Positions 1 through 9,827 of a stretch of DNA of 64,000 nt are shown here, in pieces. Each line of letters opens with the position of its first letter. Position 1 is the stretch's first letter. The DNA is from Candidatus Omnitrophota bacterium (lineage in GTDB: Bacteria; Omnitrophota; Gorgyraeia; B26-G9): NCBI GenBank assembly GCA_043814605.1, contig JBDRJV010000013.1:34471-98470 (forward strand). The letters are read 5' to 3'. The notes under the pieces were generated by a model that was not told the origin of the DNA, ran no database searches, and worked only from the letters and a program-made list of their open reading frames with translations. Made by a program: the position numbers and the translations under genes.

Positions 1-411
1 TCCGCAAAAAACAGCATGAAAAAGCCACTCCGCGTATAAAGGCAAATGCCCTCCTGATTCTATATTAATTAGTGCCCAGCCATTAAACCCCATAAACCCA
101 TTGCCTGAGCCAAACATTATTGCGTAACCAAAAAGAAAAAAACCTACACTCGCCATACAGAAATCTAAAAAATTGTTCATAAGCACATTGCAGGTATTTT
201 TTGTACGGATTAGGCCTGCTTCAAGCATGCCAAAACCTGCCTGCATAATGAAAACCATAAATGCGGCAATCATAACCCATAAAGTATCAATCCCTGCATT
301 AGTCGCATAATTTGTTTCTTCTGCAGCATAAGCAACAATCGGTAAAAACACAATTATTACCAAAACAAAAATAATTACCCTTATAAAATACTCAAATATT
401 TTCTTACGCAT
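1..411 (-). CDS. amt: Ammonium transporter (Amt family), N-terminal part; gene runs off window start
   Basis: Minus-strand translation from ATG at 411..409 gives MRKKIFEYFIRVIIFVLVIIVFLPIVAYAAEETNYATNAGIDTLWVMIAAFMVFIMQAGFGMLEAGLIRTKNTCNVLMNNFLDF, the classic Amt/AmtB N-terminal signature. Not in ORF track because truncated by window edge. Confidence 0.7.
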   Translation of the reverse strand, partial: MRKKIFEYFIRVIIFVLVIIVFLPIVAYAAEETNYATNAGIDTLWVMIAAFMVFIMQAGFGMLEAGLIRTKNTCNVLMNNFLDFCMASVGFFLFGYAIMFGSGNGFMGFNGWALINIESGGHLPLYAEWLFHAVFCG

Positions 412-568
412 TTTTACACTCCTTTTTTATTCATTAAAAATAAAAAACGCCTTGAACTATTGTCTTTCATAGATTCAAGACGCCAATGTCTAAAAACTTA
501 TGACTTTAAAACAGTTTTAAATCATACACTTCAATGTGTATCTCCTCACTCTCTTAAAGTAAAAATCA

Positions 569-1144
569 CTACTTTTTGGTAACCTTTTTTTTCCATTTTT
601 TTATTATATTTTTTTTGTATTTTAAAACCATCACATGCGAAATGCCTATTTCTTTGGCAATTTCACGCACGGTTTTTCCCTCAAGCAAGAAAGAAAGCAC
701 TCTTTTTTCTTTAGGGGTAAGGGTTAAATTTTTTATTTCATTAATAGTAATTTTATTAGCTATATCAGAATTAAAATTAACCTTTTCATCTTCCAGAATT
801 TCACCCAGCGTTAACCCTTGAGATGCGATTATCTCATCTAAACTGGAAATAAATCTCTTAGGCCGGCCTTTTCTTAAAAAATTTTGCAGATGAAATTCGC
901 AGGCTTTAACCACATATGCTTCATTTTTGCCTATAGGCAGGCCCGAGGCATAATTCTGCCAAAGAAAAAGACACATTTCCTGAAAAAGGTCTTCTTCGCT
1001 GTAAAAACCTTGCAATACATACTTTCGGGAAATGTATTTAAGCCGGAACGTTATTCTTTCTAATAATATTTTAAAATCCATATTAACCTGCCATTTTAAA
1101 AATAAAAAAGGGTACTTGCTGCCATTTGCTTTGACAGAAAACAC
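569..1144 (-). CDS. RNA polymerase sigma-70 family (ECF-like) sigma factor
   Basis: Region-2-like EDLFQEMCLFLWQNY and C-terminal HTH TVREIAKEIGISHVMVLKYKKNII; ~190 aa size typical of ECF sigma factors. Confidence 0.55.
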   Translation of the reverse strand: MFSVKANGSKYPFLFLKWQVNMDFKILLERITFRLKYISRKYVLQGFYSEEDLFQEMCLFLWQNYASGLPIGKNEAYVVKACEFHLQNFLRKGRPKRFISSLDEIIASQGLTLGEILEDEKVNFNSDIANKITINEIKNLTLTPKEKRVLSFLLEGKTVREIAKEIGISHVMVLKYKKNIIKKWKKKVTKK

Positions 1145-1202
1145 CCTGCTTTGGATTTTTTCTTAAAAAGTTCTTTCTTTTTAAGCTATTTAAAAATAAA
1201 AA

Positions 1203-1240
1203 AAGCGTTCTTGCGAACGCCGCTTTGTTCATAATAAAAA
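1203..1240 (-). terminator. Intrinsic terminator hairpin downstream of the radical SAM gene
   Basis: gcgttcttgcgaacgc hairpin; on minus strand followed by T-run (ttttttt). Confidence 0.45.
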
Positions 1241-1484
1241 CACTAACATTGTGTTTTGCCCCTCAACTTGAGTATACCACAAAACCATTAAATCAACAAA
1301 TTTTTAAGTTTTTTAGTTACTCACAGTTTTTTATTTAGATATTCTAAATTAAATTGAATGATAAATTATGGTTTCTGCTGTTTGTGTTAAGTTGCGGGCA
1401 CAAATCATTATAAAAATTAAAAATTTTTCTGTGATTTTTTCTTCACATCTAGCCTCTTTGTTAAAAAATTACAGAAATTACCGG

Positions 1485-3254
1485 TTATATCGCCTGTTCT
1501 AAAAACAAGGACATCTTCTCCCTTTTTGTTTCTAATAATGAAGTTACATCTTTAATATTTTTTCTTCTCTGTGCTCTTATTTGTTCAGCATTAGCAATAA
1601 ATCCCTCTGCAACCCAATGGTGCAATTTTAAATTACGTAGTTTTGTTATGTATTCTAATGAATAAAAAGACAACATAAATTCCTCTGCCAATTTTTGAAG
1701 CTCACTTGAATCTAAATTATGTGTCTTAATGGGAGGAGCGCTATGCGGGTCATAATTAATCCAATCTTGATTTTGTATTAAACCTGCTTGTTGCATCTGA
1801 GCTGTTAATCTGGTTCCAGGATAAGGAGTTAAGGTAGTTAAATGTAAGATTATCGGCGCGATACTTTTAAGTGAATTAGCATAATCAATACTTTTTTGAA
1901 TAGTCTTTGCATCATCCCCAGGAGCGCCAATCATAAATGCCGCGATAACTGTAATATTTTCTTTATTCAAAAGCTCTACAGCCCTATTAACATTTTCTAA
2001 AACAATATTTTTATCTAAAGACTGAAGTATCCTTTCATCGCCTGATTCAATGCCCATAAATACCGCTCTTATTCCCATTCGCTTTAAATCTTTTACAATA
2101 TTAGGATTCTTGGCGATTATATCTGCCCGAGAATAAATTTCTAATTCTATATCCAACTTCTGTGCTTCGATAATATCTGCAGTTTGAGATACCCATTTTG
2201 CATTACTTGTAAAGTTATCATCTACAACATAAAAATAATTGTATCCACTTTTTTTATTTAAAGCACTCAGCAATTCCGCAAACTGCTCTGGTTTACGTGC
2301 TTTAATTACACGAGAAAAGATTTTTCTTGTTATGCAAAAACTGCATTTACCCGGGCACCCGCGGCTTGCTTCCACGGATATTGCTTTCTTTCCCCTTAAT
2401 CGATATTCTACTGATGATAATAAATCATAAGCTGGTAACGGAAGTCTGGTAAAATCTTCTCTGTCTGCTTCCAGAGTTTTTATAATCTCTATATCTTCTC
2501 CCGTTTGCAATGATTTATTAAAACTTAATCCCGGGATATTTTTTAAATTATTCGCAAATTTATTTCTATTTTTGTGAACATACGCTAAAAGTTTCACGAT
2601 ATTGCACATTGTCCTCTCGCCTTCTCCGTACACAGCAATATCCGCACTCCCTGATTTTAATGCATTTTCAGGCAATACAGTCGCATGTGCTCCGCCCCAA
2701 ACTACAATAGTATCCTTTAATATTTTTTTGATATCATTAGATATTGCAGATGCTATTTTAAAAGATGGGGTAAGAACACTTAATCCTAAAATATCCGGCT
2801 TAAAGTTTTTTATTTTATTTATAACCTCGCTTTTTTTATTTAAATCTGACATGTCTATTACCTGAATTTGCAAATCAATCTTATGCTGCTTTGCCCATTG
2901 CCTAAGTGCACCGGCAATTGAAACTATGCCCAGCGGCAAAAATTTATCTTTATGGTGATGGGTTCCTGCGCCTGCTGTTACAATATCGCTGCGTGGATAC
3001 ACGAGTGATACTTTAATTGTTCCTTTAAAATCTGTAACGCTGATTTCTTTGATATAATTTCTATGCTGATTTTTAAATCCAGAGTTTTTACCAATAATAC
3101 GTTGTAAATTATTTATGTTAAGTTGCGGCGCAAGATATTCTTCCCCCCTGTTTCTTCCCGGAGAAAAATTTTGTGCAAATAAACAATTAGTTAATATAAA
3201 TATTTGCAACATGATAAAAATTGCTGTTTTTTTATATTTAATTTTTTTATACAT
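1485..3254 (-). CDS. B12-binding domain radical SAM protein, with N-terminal hydrophobic leader
   Basis: CPGKCSFC (CxxxCxxC) radical SAM cluster motif, preceding B12-binding-like domain (VSLVYPRSD...GIVSIAGAL); N-terminus LQIFILTNCLFAQNFSPGRNRGEEYLAPQ shared with next gene. Confidence 0.8.
   Translation of the reverse strand: MYKKIKYKKTAIFIMLQIFILTNCLFAQNFSPGRNRGEEYLAPQLNINNLQRIIGKNSGFKNQHRNYIKEISVTDFKGTIKVSLVYPRSDIVTAGAGTHHHKDKFLPLGIVSIAGALRQWAKQHKIDLQIQVIDMSDLNKKSEVINKIKNFKPDILGLSVLTPSFKIASAISNDIKKILKDTIVVWGGAHATVLPENALKSGSADIAVYGEGERTMCNIVKLLAYVHKNRNKFANNLKNIPGLSFNKSLQTGEDIEIIKTLEADREDFTRLPLPAYDLLSSVEYRLRGKKAISVEASRGCPGKCSFCITRKIFSRVIKARKPEQFAELLSALNKKSGYNYFYVVDDNFTSNAKWVSQTADIIEAQKLDIELEIYSRADIIAKNPNIVKDLKRMGIRAVFMGIESGDERILQSLDKNIVLENVNRAVELLNKENITVIAAFMIGAPGDDAKTIQKSIDYANSLKSIAPIILHLTTLTPYPGTRLTAQMQQAGLIQNQDWINYDPHSAPPIKTHNLDSSELQKLAEEFMLSFYSLEYITKLRNLKLHHWVAEGFIANAEQIRAQRRKNIKDVTSLLETKREKMSLFLEQAI
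3121..3230. repeat. ~110-bp direct repeat copy 1 (encodes shared N-terminal leader; second copy 4501..4610)
   Basis: 3121-3200 nearly identical to 4501-4580 (gcggcgcaagatattcttcccccctgtttcttcccggagaaaaattttgtgcaaataaacaattagttaatat). Confidence 0.85.
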
Positions 3255-3274
3255 AATTTTTTTTTAATAAATTT

Positions 3275-4639
3275 TTAAATAGAGCTTGCAATAAATTTAA
3301 AATAATCGACTATATTTTCAGCCAATATTACCGATCCAGAACCAACAGGTTCTTTTAATAATATTTCTCCTTCAAAATTATTAAATATGGAGTCTTTTTT
3401 CGGATTAAGTTGCTTACGTTTATAAATTTTAACCTTACGGCCAATAAGATATTCCGAATAATCAACAATAATATCAGATTTATGTATTTGTGATTCTAAA
3501 ACTAACGGACCTTCTTCTAATTCCGCTAAAGCAAAAACTTCTAGGTTTTCTCTTGGCGTATATCCACGGGTTTGCCGATCGCGTTCTTCCTTTTTAAATA
3601 AACGCGAAAAAGCATCATCAATCACACTAATTTTTAACGCCGCTAATTTTTCCAGTTCTGGCCAAAACCAGGCGTATGCTCCTTCAAGCACAAATGCATC
3701 ATATGCGGCGGCATTAATTGCCAGGGTAAAACTAATTTCTTGTGAAATCTTATCAATTTTTTGCAATCTAACTGGTTCTCCAGCTAATAATTTTTGTACT
3801 TGTTCTAACAAAAATTCTTTATTTAAAGCATCTGCACCTTTGAGGTTTTTCTTCCTACGCATTTGCCTTGAGTGTTTATAATCATCTGTTTCTAGTTTTT
3901 TCCAAAATTTTTGTCTTGTTCTCAATGCTTCTGTAATCAATGCTTTTGTAATCCCGGTTTTTCCGGCAGCTACAATTCCGCAAATCGTAATTAACTTTTT
4001 TATATTATCAGGTTGATCTAATTCATAATACATTTCAATAATCAGCCGTGCAATTTGAGAAGTCACTTGCTTTAGTTCATGATAATAAAATTCAACGCGA
4101 GTCATATTATATAATTCTATCCCCGCTTCTTGCTTAAATATATCTTGCGGCACATCTATTTCTTTGATTAATTTAAATTTATCTTTATTCCACTCTGGCA
4201 CATACATTGGCACCCAAATCCCAGGATAAGATCGACTAATTGACATTTCTGAAATATCTGGAATAAACATAAATCCTTTATCAATCTCTGATAAATTCAC
4301 TTTTCCCTGCTTAAGTGCGAGATTAATTTTATCTGTCATGATATGAAAAATATTTTCTTGAATATTTTTAGCTGAGAGTAAAAGCTGGCGATAATCTTCC
4401 TTGATGCTAGCAACAGCTGCATTAGCAGTATATTGTTTTTCTAAAATTGCACTAATGCGGTCAATCTCAAAATATGCCCGCACATTGTTATTTAGCAGTA
4501 TTATCTGCGGCGCAAGATATTCTTCCCCCCTGTTTCTTCCCGGAGAAAAATTTTGTGCAAATAAACAATTAGTTAATATCAGTATCTGCAAAATAACAAT
4601 AAATAATATTTTTTTTATATAGATTATTTTCATAAACAA
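3275..4639 (-). CDS. P-loop NTPase (kinase-like) protein with the same N-terminal leader
   Basis: Walker A ICGIVAAGKTGITKAL; VIDDAFSRLF...R..R resembles uridine-kinase/zeta-like kinases; N-terminus ILQILILTNCLFAQNFSPGRNRGEEYLAPQ. Confidence 0.45.
   Translation of the reverse strand: MFMKIIYIKKILFIVILQILILTNCLFAQNFSPGRNRGEEYLAPQIILLNNNVRAYFEIDRISAILEKQYTANAAVASIKEDYRQLLLSAKNIQENIFHIMTDKINLALKQGKVNLSEIDKGFMFIPDISEMSISRSYPGIWVPMYVPEWNKDKFKLIKEIDVPQDIFKQEAGIELYNMTRVEFYYHELKQVTSQIARLIIEMYYELDQPDNIKKLITICGIVAAGKTGITKALITEALRTRQKFWKKLETDDYKHSRQMRRKKNLKGADALNKEFLLEQVQKLLAGEPVRLQKIDKISQEISFTLAINAAAYDAFVLEGAYAWFWPELEKLAALKISVIDDAFSRLFKKEERDRQTRGYTPRENLEVFALAELEEGPLVLESQIHKSDIIVDYSEYLIGRKVKIYKRKQLNPKKDSIFNNFEGEILLKEPVGSGSVILAENIVDYFKFIASSI
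4501..4610. repeat. ~110-bp direct repeat copy 2
   Basis: See 3121..3230. Confidence 0.85.
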
Positions 4640-4939
4640 TTACCAAAATAATAATTTTATAATCCCTAGTTAAAAAGTATTAAAGTTTACCATATTTTTA
4701 CTAATAATGCAAAAAAATACTTAAGTTAATATTTTTCTTAATTCATTTAATTACAATAGATTATAAATCAGCTGTAACTTTTTATCTCTTGTTTCTAAAT
4801 AAAAATAACTCTTTTTGTTTCAAAGACTTAAGTAGATTTTCTTGACTTTATGCCTACAAAAGATTTAAAATCAAATCGTAGCCGCGAACTTACCTCGTAA
4901 GTTAAGAAAATTAAAATAAATTCGCAGGTTAAAAAAAAG

Positions 4940-5893
4940 GTGACTCTAATGAAAACAGCATACTGTGAAATCGGTGCTTTTGTTGGTAATCCTAATCATC
5001 GTCCGCCGAATGCAAAGGAAATCCGTGAATATGAACAGTTAATCGCCAGGCATATTCATTCAGTTTTATTTTTTTGGGCCTGGGGTGAGGGGGCTTTTCC
5101 CAAAACTGCTTTAAAGGATATCCGTTACCACGACGGATATGATACAGGGATAAATTTACATGTTACTTGGGAACCCTGGAAACGTAAAGGGTTTAATGAT
5201 AATTCCTACAGCCTTAATAGCATTATTAAGTGTGAACATGACCTATATATTTCAAAGTTTGCTCGTGATTGCCGTGACTGGAGTGATGTTATCCGCCTGC
5301 GCTTTGCGCATGAAATGATCCATTTTAATAATCCATCAACCCAAGGCTGGTACCCCTGGCAAGATAAACCGGAGGAATATGTAAGAGCCTGGAAACATAT
5401 ATACGGTATATTTAAAAATGAAAAAGCAGATAATGTGGAATTTGTCTGGGCACCATTAAATTACCCTGACTGGTTCGATGTCTTAGAGCAATATTATCCG
5501 GGAAAAGAATATGTAGACTGGCTGGGTATTGACGGTTACAACTGGGGCGAAGACGGTAAGCCGGCCTGGCCTTATGATCAAAATTTTAGCGATTTATTTT
5601 ATCCTATGTACCATGCTTTTATTGATCATCCAGAAATTTTCGGACAGAAAAAGATAATGATATCTGAAACAGCCAGCCCTAAAGATAATCAATTTGGGGG
5701 AAATAAATCCACCTGGATTGAGGATATGTTCAAGCGCCTTAAAAACGAATATTCAAAAATTGAAGCATTTTACTGGTTTAATGCAAAAAAGGAAAAAGAT
5801 TGGCGGGTAAACTCATCTCCCCTAAGCCTGGCTGCTTTTAAAAACAGCATCCAAGACCCTTATTTTACTTCTCATATTATTCGCAATCTTTAA
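4940..5893 (+). CDS. Glycoside hydrolase family 26-like (mannanase-like), no signal peptide
   Basis: RFAHEMIHFN matches GH26 acid/base motif (R-x-x-HE-x-N); second glutamate in MISETA; W/Y-rich TIM-barrel motifs WLGIDGYNW. Confidence 0.55.
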   Translation: MTLMKTAYCEIGAFVGNPNHRPPNAKEIREYEQLIARHIHSVLFFWAWGEGAFPKTALKDIRYHDGYDTGINLHVTWEPWKRKGFNDNSYSLNSIIKCEHDLYISKFARDCRDWSDVIRLRFAHEMIHFNNPSTQGWYPWQDKPEEYVRAWKHIYGIFKNEKADNVEFVWAPLNYPDWFDVLEQYYPGKEYVDWLGIDGYNWGEDGKPAWPYDQNFSDLFYPMYHAFIDHPEIFGQKKIMISETASPKDNQFGGNKSTWIEDMFKRLKNEYSKIEAFYWFNAKKEKDWRVNSSPLSLAAFKNSIQDPYFTSHIIRNL

Positions 5894-5960
5894 ATCAGGA
5901 ATCACTGTTTAATTAAAAAGTTTCTCTCTTTGCTTTTAATAAATATTGTTGAAATACTTA

Positions 5961-6671
5961 CTACTGTAAATCCATAATATACTTATTCATCACCCAAAAA
6001 ACACAAAACCCGCCGAGCATCACAAAAACATGCCAGGTTTCATGCGGGCCAAAACCAAAGCCTAAATATAAATTTTTTATACCAAGAATAATCGCCCCTA
6101 AAGTATAAAACAATCCTCCGGCAACCAGCCATCGTATTCCCGGTTTTGGCAATGCTCTGACTAAAGGCCCCCAGGCAATAGTTACCAGCCAACCCATAAT
6201 AATAAAAAAACTGAAAAATATAACGGTTACGGTTTGCGGCGGATGTGATAAAGTCAGTTTCAAACTCATCCCTGCAATTGCCAAAGCCCAATTAACCCCT
6301 AATAAACTCCACCCCCATTTGCCGCGCAGAACGATCAGACAAATTGGCGTATACGTACCCGCGATTAAAAAATAAATCATCGCATGTTCAACCTGGCGTA
6401 ATATTTCAACCGTAGCCAAAGAAACATTCAATGAATGATATATTGCACTCATTGTATATAAAGCAATCTGGCTAACTCCATAAATAATAAATGAGACAAC
6501 ATGCCGTACTTTTCTTTTGGAAACAGCACGCCAGACTAACAGCGCCAAAACCACGATTGATAATGCCGCACCAATAATATGCGTAATGCCATTAACAGGT
6601 TCTCTAAAATTATTTATCCATTCAAACATATTAATAATTATTTGATAAAAAAATGGCCGCAGTAATTTCAA
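5961..6671 (-). CDS. Hemolysin III / PAQR family membrane protein
   Basis: 7-TM profile; conserved IYHSLNVS, HAMIYFLIAGTYTP, HETWHVFVMLG motifs. Confidence 0.8.
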   Translation of the reverse strand: MKLLRPFFYQIIINMFEWINNFREPVNGITHIIGAALSIVVLALLVWRAVSKRKVRHVVSFIIYGVSQIALYTMSAIYHSLNVSLATVEILRQVEHAMIYFLIAGTYTPICLIVLRGKWGWSLLGVNWALAIAGMSLKLTLSHPPQTVTVIFFSFFIIMGWLVTIAWGPLVRALPKPGIRWLVAGGLFYTLGAIILGIKNLYLGFGFGPHETWHVFVMLGGFCVFWVMNKYIMDLQ

Positions 6672-6679
6672 TTACTATT

Positions 6680-7438
6680 TTACGTTTCGATAGATGAGAC
6701 ATTACCTTTAGAGTTTTTCTCTTCGTACATTAACTTATCAGCTTTATCAAGTAATTCTTCAATCGTCTGCGGTTTTTCCGGGTGATAATACATCATGCCC
6801 AGGCTCACAGTAAGCTTATATTTAAAATTAGAATTCCGCATGGCTAATTTAAGATTTTCCTTTACACGCTTACGCAGAATATCTAAACTTTCTGCTTTTA
6901 ACTCTAAGGCTAATATTGCAAACTCATCACCTCCGATTCGCCCAATCACATCTGAGCCGCGGAATGTTTTATGCAGTACTTTGGCTATACACATAAGCGC
7001 TGTATCTCCCTGCTTATGCCCCAATTTATCATTAATATGTTTTAACCCATCTAAGTCTGCATAAATAAGTACCAACCCTCTTTGCATGCGATTGGATAAT
7101 TTTAAAAGATGGTTTGCATATAACAAAAATCCTCTTCGGTTATATAATTTGGTAAGTTCGTCAATAAGCGAAAGTTCTCGTTGGATAACTTCTGCTTTCT
7201 TTAACTTGTCAAACTGTATAGATAATGGTTTATAGAGCAATTGATAGAGCACCGGCGACAATATGATAACCAGCATAATTGACTCTATAAGTATTATATT
7301 GGGAGATTTAGGGATAGGCAGAAGCAAGAATAAATGCCCGATTATTAAATCACATATTAATATCGCAAATATTAATATGAGGAGTAATTTAAGTGGTGAA
7401 TGTTTTCTTTCAAAATCATCCGGCTTTAGTATTTTCAT
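6680..7438 (-). CDS. Membrane-anchored GGDEF diguanylate cyclase
   Basis: N-terminal TM helices; RRGF, DLDGLKHINDKLGH, GRIGGDEFAIL (GGDEF) motifs. Confidence 0.8.
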   Translation of the reverse strand: MKILKPDDFERKHSPLKLLLILIFAILICDLIIGHLFLLLPIPKSPNIILIESIMLVIILSPVLYQLLYKPLSIQFDKLKKAEVIQRELSLIDELTKLYNRRGFLLYANHLLKLSNRMQRGLVLIYADLDGLKHINDKLGHKQGDTALMCIAKVLHKTFRGSDVIGRIGGDEFAILALELKAESLDILRKRVKENLKLAMRNSNFKYKLTVSLGMMYYHPEKPQTIEELLDKADKLMYEEKNSKGNVSSIET

Positions 7439-7564
7439 TATGTTTACATTATACTATTTTTCTTTAAAAACAGTATCCCAGACATTTGTTTTACTTCTCA
7501 TGTTATACTGAAACCGTGAATAAAGTAAAATTCTGTTATTTAAAATTTTAGTTTGTATAGATTC

Positions 7565-8512
7565 TCAAAATCTATAATCTATCCCAAAACTAAAGGAAAG
7601 CTCATCGATAAAACGATACTGGAAATTAAAAGCTGTATAGTTTTTACCCGCATCATTAGTAATAAAAGCTAATCCCGCAACTCCACCGATATTATTCTCT
7701 GCCCTCATTGAACCAAAATCATAATCAATAATCCAGTCTACTGCAAAATAAGGCCATTCCATGCTATTAAATGATGTTCCTTTAGCCGAAGCTTTTACAT
7801 CAGAATATACTGCCCCAGAGAACAGAACTAGCTTTTCTGATTTATTGCTAAACACAAACTCCTTGCTTAAAGCCAAGGCTGTTTGCCACTCTTTATATTC
7901 AGCCTGCGAATTCCACATGGTACTCGTAAGTGTGCCTCCTGAATATAGAGGCGGGTTATTCTCTAAACTTGTTAATTCAAATTTACCAGTGCTGCGAAAA
8001 CGTGTATCGCTAAATATCCGGAATCCGTTTCCCCAGGAAAACGTATTCAGAGTTATGCCTGCACCGTACAAAAAATCCGGTTTGCCTTCAACCGTTGTTT
8101 TTAAGCCAGGTTCAGTTACCTTAAATTTCATATTGTCTGCAATGCCAATTTCTGTGTAAATATCTACATATTCTGCCCAGGAAACAAGCAGCTCAATTGT
8201 ATAAAACTGACTTTCTATTTCCCGTATCAGGCTGTCTCCTTTAACCGCTGTTCCCCGTTCTTCAAGAAAACTAAAAAGAATTTTACTCCCTCCATAAATA
8301 TCCGCAGATTTCTTTGCCTGCGGCCCCCGCAACTGGAAAAATAATTCATATTTTGATGGCTTTTTCTTTTCAGGATTTTCTTTCATAACTGCCGTAGGCA
8401 GGTTTATCGGTGCAGCAACTACTGAATTATTAATTAAGAAACAGCTAGATACAGAGAAAATAATTATTACCGGAAGAATTTTTCTTTTTCTTGTAAAATT
8501 TTTTATGAGCAT
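7565..8512 (-). CDS. Secreted outer-membrane beta-barrel-like protein
   Basis: Signal peptide; alternating beta pattern; C-terminal ...FSFGIDYRF ending in aromatic residue. Confidence 0.4.
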   Translation of the reverse strand: MLIKNFTRKRKILPVIIIFSVSSCFLINNSVVAAPINLPTAVMKENPEKKKPSKYELFFQLRGPQAKKSADIYGGSKILFSFLEERGTAVKGDSLIREIESQFYTIELLVSWAEYVDIYTEIGIADNMKFKVTEPGLKTTVEGKPDFLYGAGITLNTFSWGNGFRIFSDTRFRSTGKFELTSLENNPPLYSGGTLTSTMWNSQAEYKEWQTALALSKEFVFSNKSEKLVLFSGAVYSDVKASAKGTSFNSMEWPYFAVDWIIDYDFGSMRAENNIGGVAGLAFITNDAGKNYTAFNFQYRFIDELSFSFGIDYRF

Positions 8513-8691
8513 GCGATATATTCCATATGCTAATCATAATACTACTGATATTCCCTGTCAGCAAGCAAAAAAACACTTCTCGGAATTGTTCGCCTAAAAA
8601 TAGAAAAATTAGTGGCCGCTATGGTTGATGCAAGCATTATTTATAGTGATTTCTTCTAACTTTCCTTCTTTTAATTAATAAAATACTCATG

Positions 8692-9405
8692 TTATAGTGT
8701 TATTAAATCTCTTACTTTAATATTAATAAATTTATCTTTATAAATTTTTCTAAAAATTTTTTCTGCATGTCTTCCAGAACAATGCGTGGGGCCAACTTTT
8801 TGAACCCCCAGCTCTTTAAACTTGTCCGCAACTGTCTTGATTTCATTTAACGAACTATGCATCAAATGAAAACCGCCTAAAACGGCATAGATTTGTTTGT
8901 TAGGAAATTTTTCTTTTGCATATTCTACAATTTTCATAATTCCCGGATGCGCACATCCAGTGATAATACTTAATCCTTTATTTGTATCAACCATCAAAGC
9001 TTGTTCATAAATTTCTTTATCTTTATAATAACTTTTTATTTCTCCAGTTACATAAATATTTTCAGAGATTTTTTTAAAATCATAACTTTCAATTAAATTA
9101 CCTCTTCGCGCGTTTACATTAGTTTTAAATTGATTACTAAATCCAGGGCAGCTATACACATTTATTCCTGTTTCTTGTGCGAGGATTTCCCATAACCCCC
9201 CGGTATGGTCCCAATGGTCATGCGAAATTACAATGTGTTTTATATTTTTAATATCTATATCCATTTTACGCATATTTGAAAATAATATTTCTGCTTTAGA
9301 AAAAGTATCAAATAATATATTTTCACCGATTAAAAATGCCAGGCCCCAGTTTTTTCTAAATCTTTGCCATGGGGTTGAGCCTTTGGCAATTATTGTTATA
9401 TCCAT
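8692..9405 (-). CDS. MBL-fold metallo-hydrolase
   Basis: HDHWDHTGG (HxHxDH) motif. Confidence 0.8.
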   Translation of the reverse strand: MDITIIAKGSTPWQRFRKNWGLAFLIGENILFDTFSKAEILFSNMRKMDIDIKNIKHIVISHDHWDHTGGLWEILAQETGINVYSCPGFSNQFKTNVNARRGNLIESYDFKKISENIYVTGEIKSYYKDKEIYEQALMVDTNKGLSIITGCAHPGIMKIVEYAKEKFPNKQIYAVLGGFHLMHSSLNEIKTVADKFKELGVQKVGPTHCSGRHAEKIFRKIYKDKFINIKVRDLITL

Positions 9406-9408
9406 TAC

Positions 9409-9792
9409 TTAATCCTTTAATAAATAATTCGCAATTGCTCGATAGAGAGTACTCACAGCTAAAATAAAACAATGCTGATGGTTTTCCGGTAAATCCTTTA
9501 TCATCATTTTTACTTGTTGTGGCGAAATGCTTAATGCCTGATCAACAGTTTTTTTATGCGCTAACCGGGCGGTAGTTTCTGCACAAATAATTGTGGCCAT
9601 ACACCCAAGTTCAGTATAAAATTTTATATCCTCAATAATACCATTCTTAATACATAAATAAAATTCAAGCTCATCTCCGCAAGGGCCTTTTATTATTGCC
9701 GCAGCATCCGGAGCATTCATCCGTCCTGAATATTTTGTATTTTTTGCTATTGCCATTATTGAAGGTGAGTAAATTTGTTGATCTTTTTTCAT
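9409..9792 (-). CDS. NifU/IscU-like Fe-S scaffold domain protein
   Basis: GPCGDELEFYL ... LGCMATIICAE three-Cys pattern of NifU N-terminal domain. Confidence 0.55.
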   Translation of the reverse strand: MKKDQQIYSPSIMAIAKNTKYSGRMNAPDAAAIIKGPCGDELEFYLCIKNGIIEDIKFYTELGCMATIICAETTARLAHKKTVDQALSISPQQVKMMIKDLPENHQHCFILAVSTLYRAIANYLLKD

Positions 9793-9827
9793 TAATTTAT
9801 AATACCTTTATTTTATAAAAAAATTAA

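Noticed and set aside
576-821. Numerous antisense or internal ORFs in the track (e.g. 576..821+, 2239..2430+, 6040..6291-, 7761..8159+, 17947..18282+, 22646..22981+, 28112..28345-, 34614..34820-, 53091..54062+, 54819..55319+)
   Set aside because: Each lies fully inside a well-supported longer gene on the opposite strand or frame and has low-complexity composition; treated as spurious.
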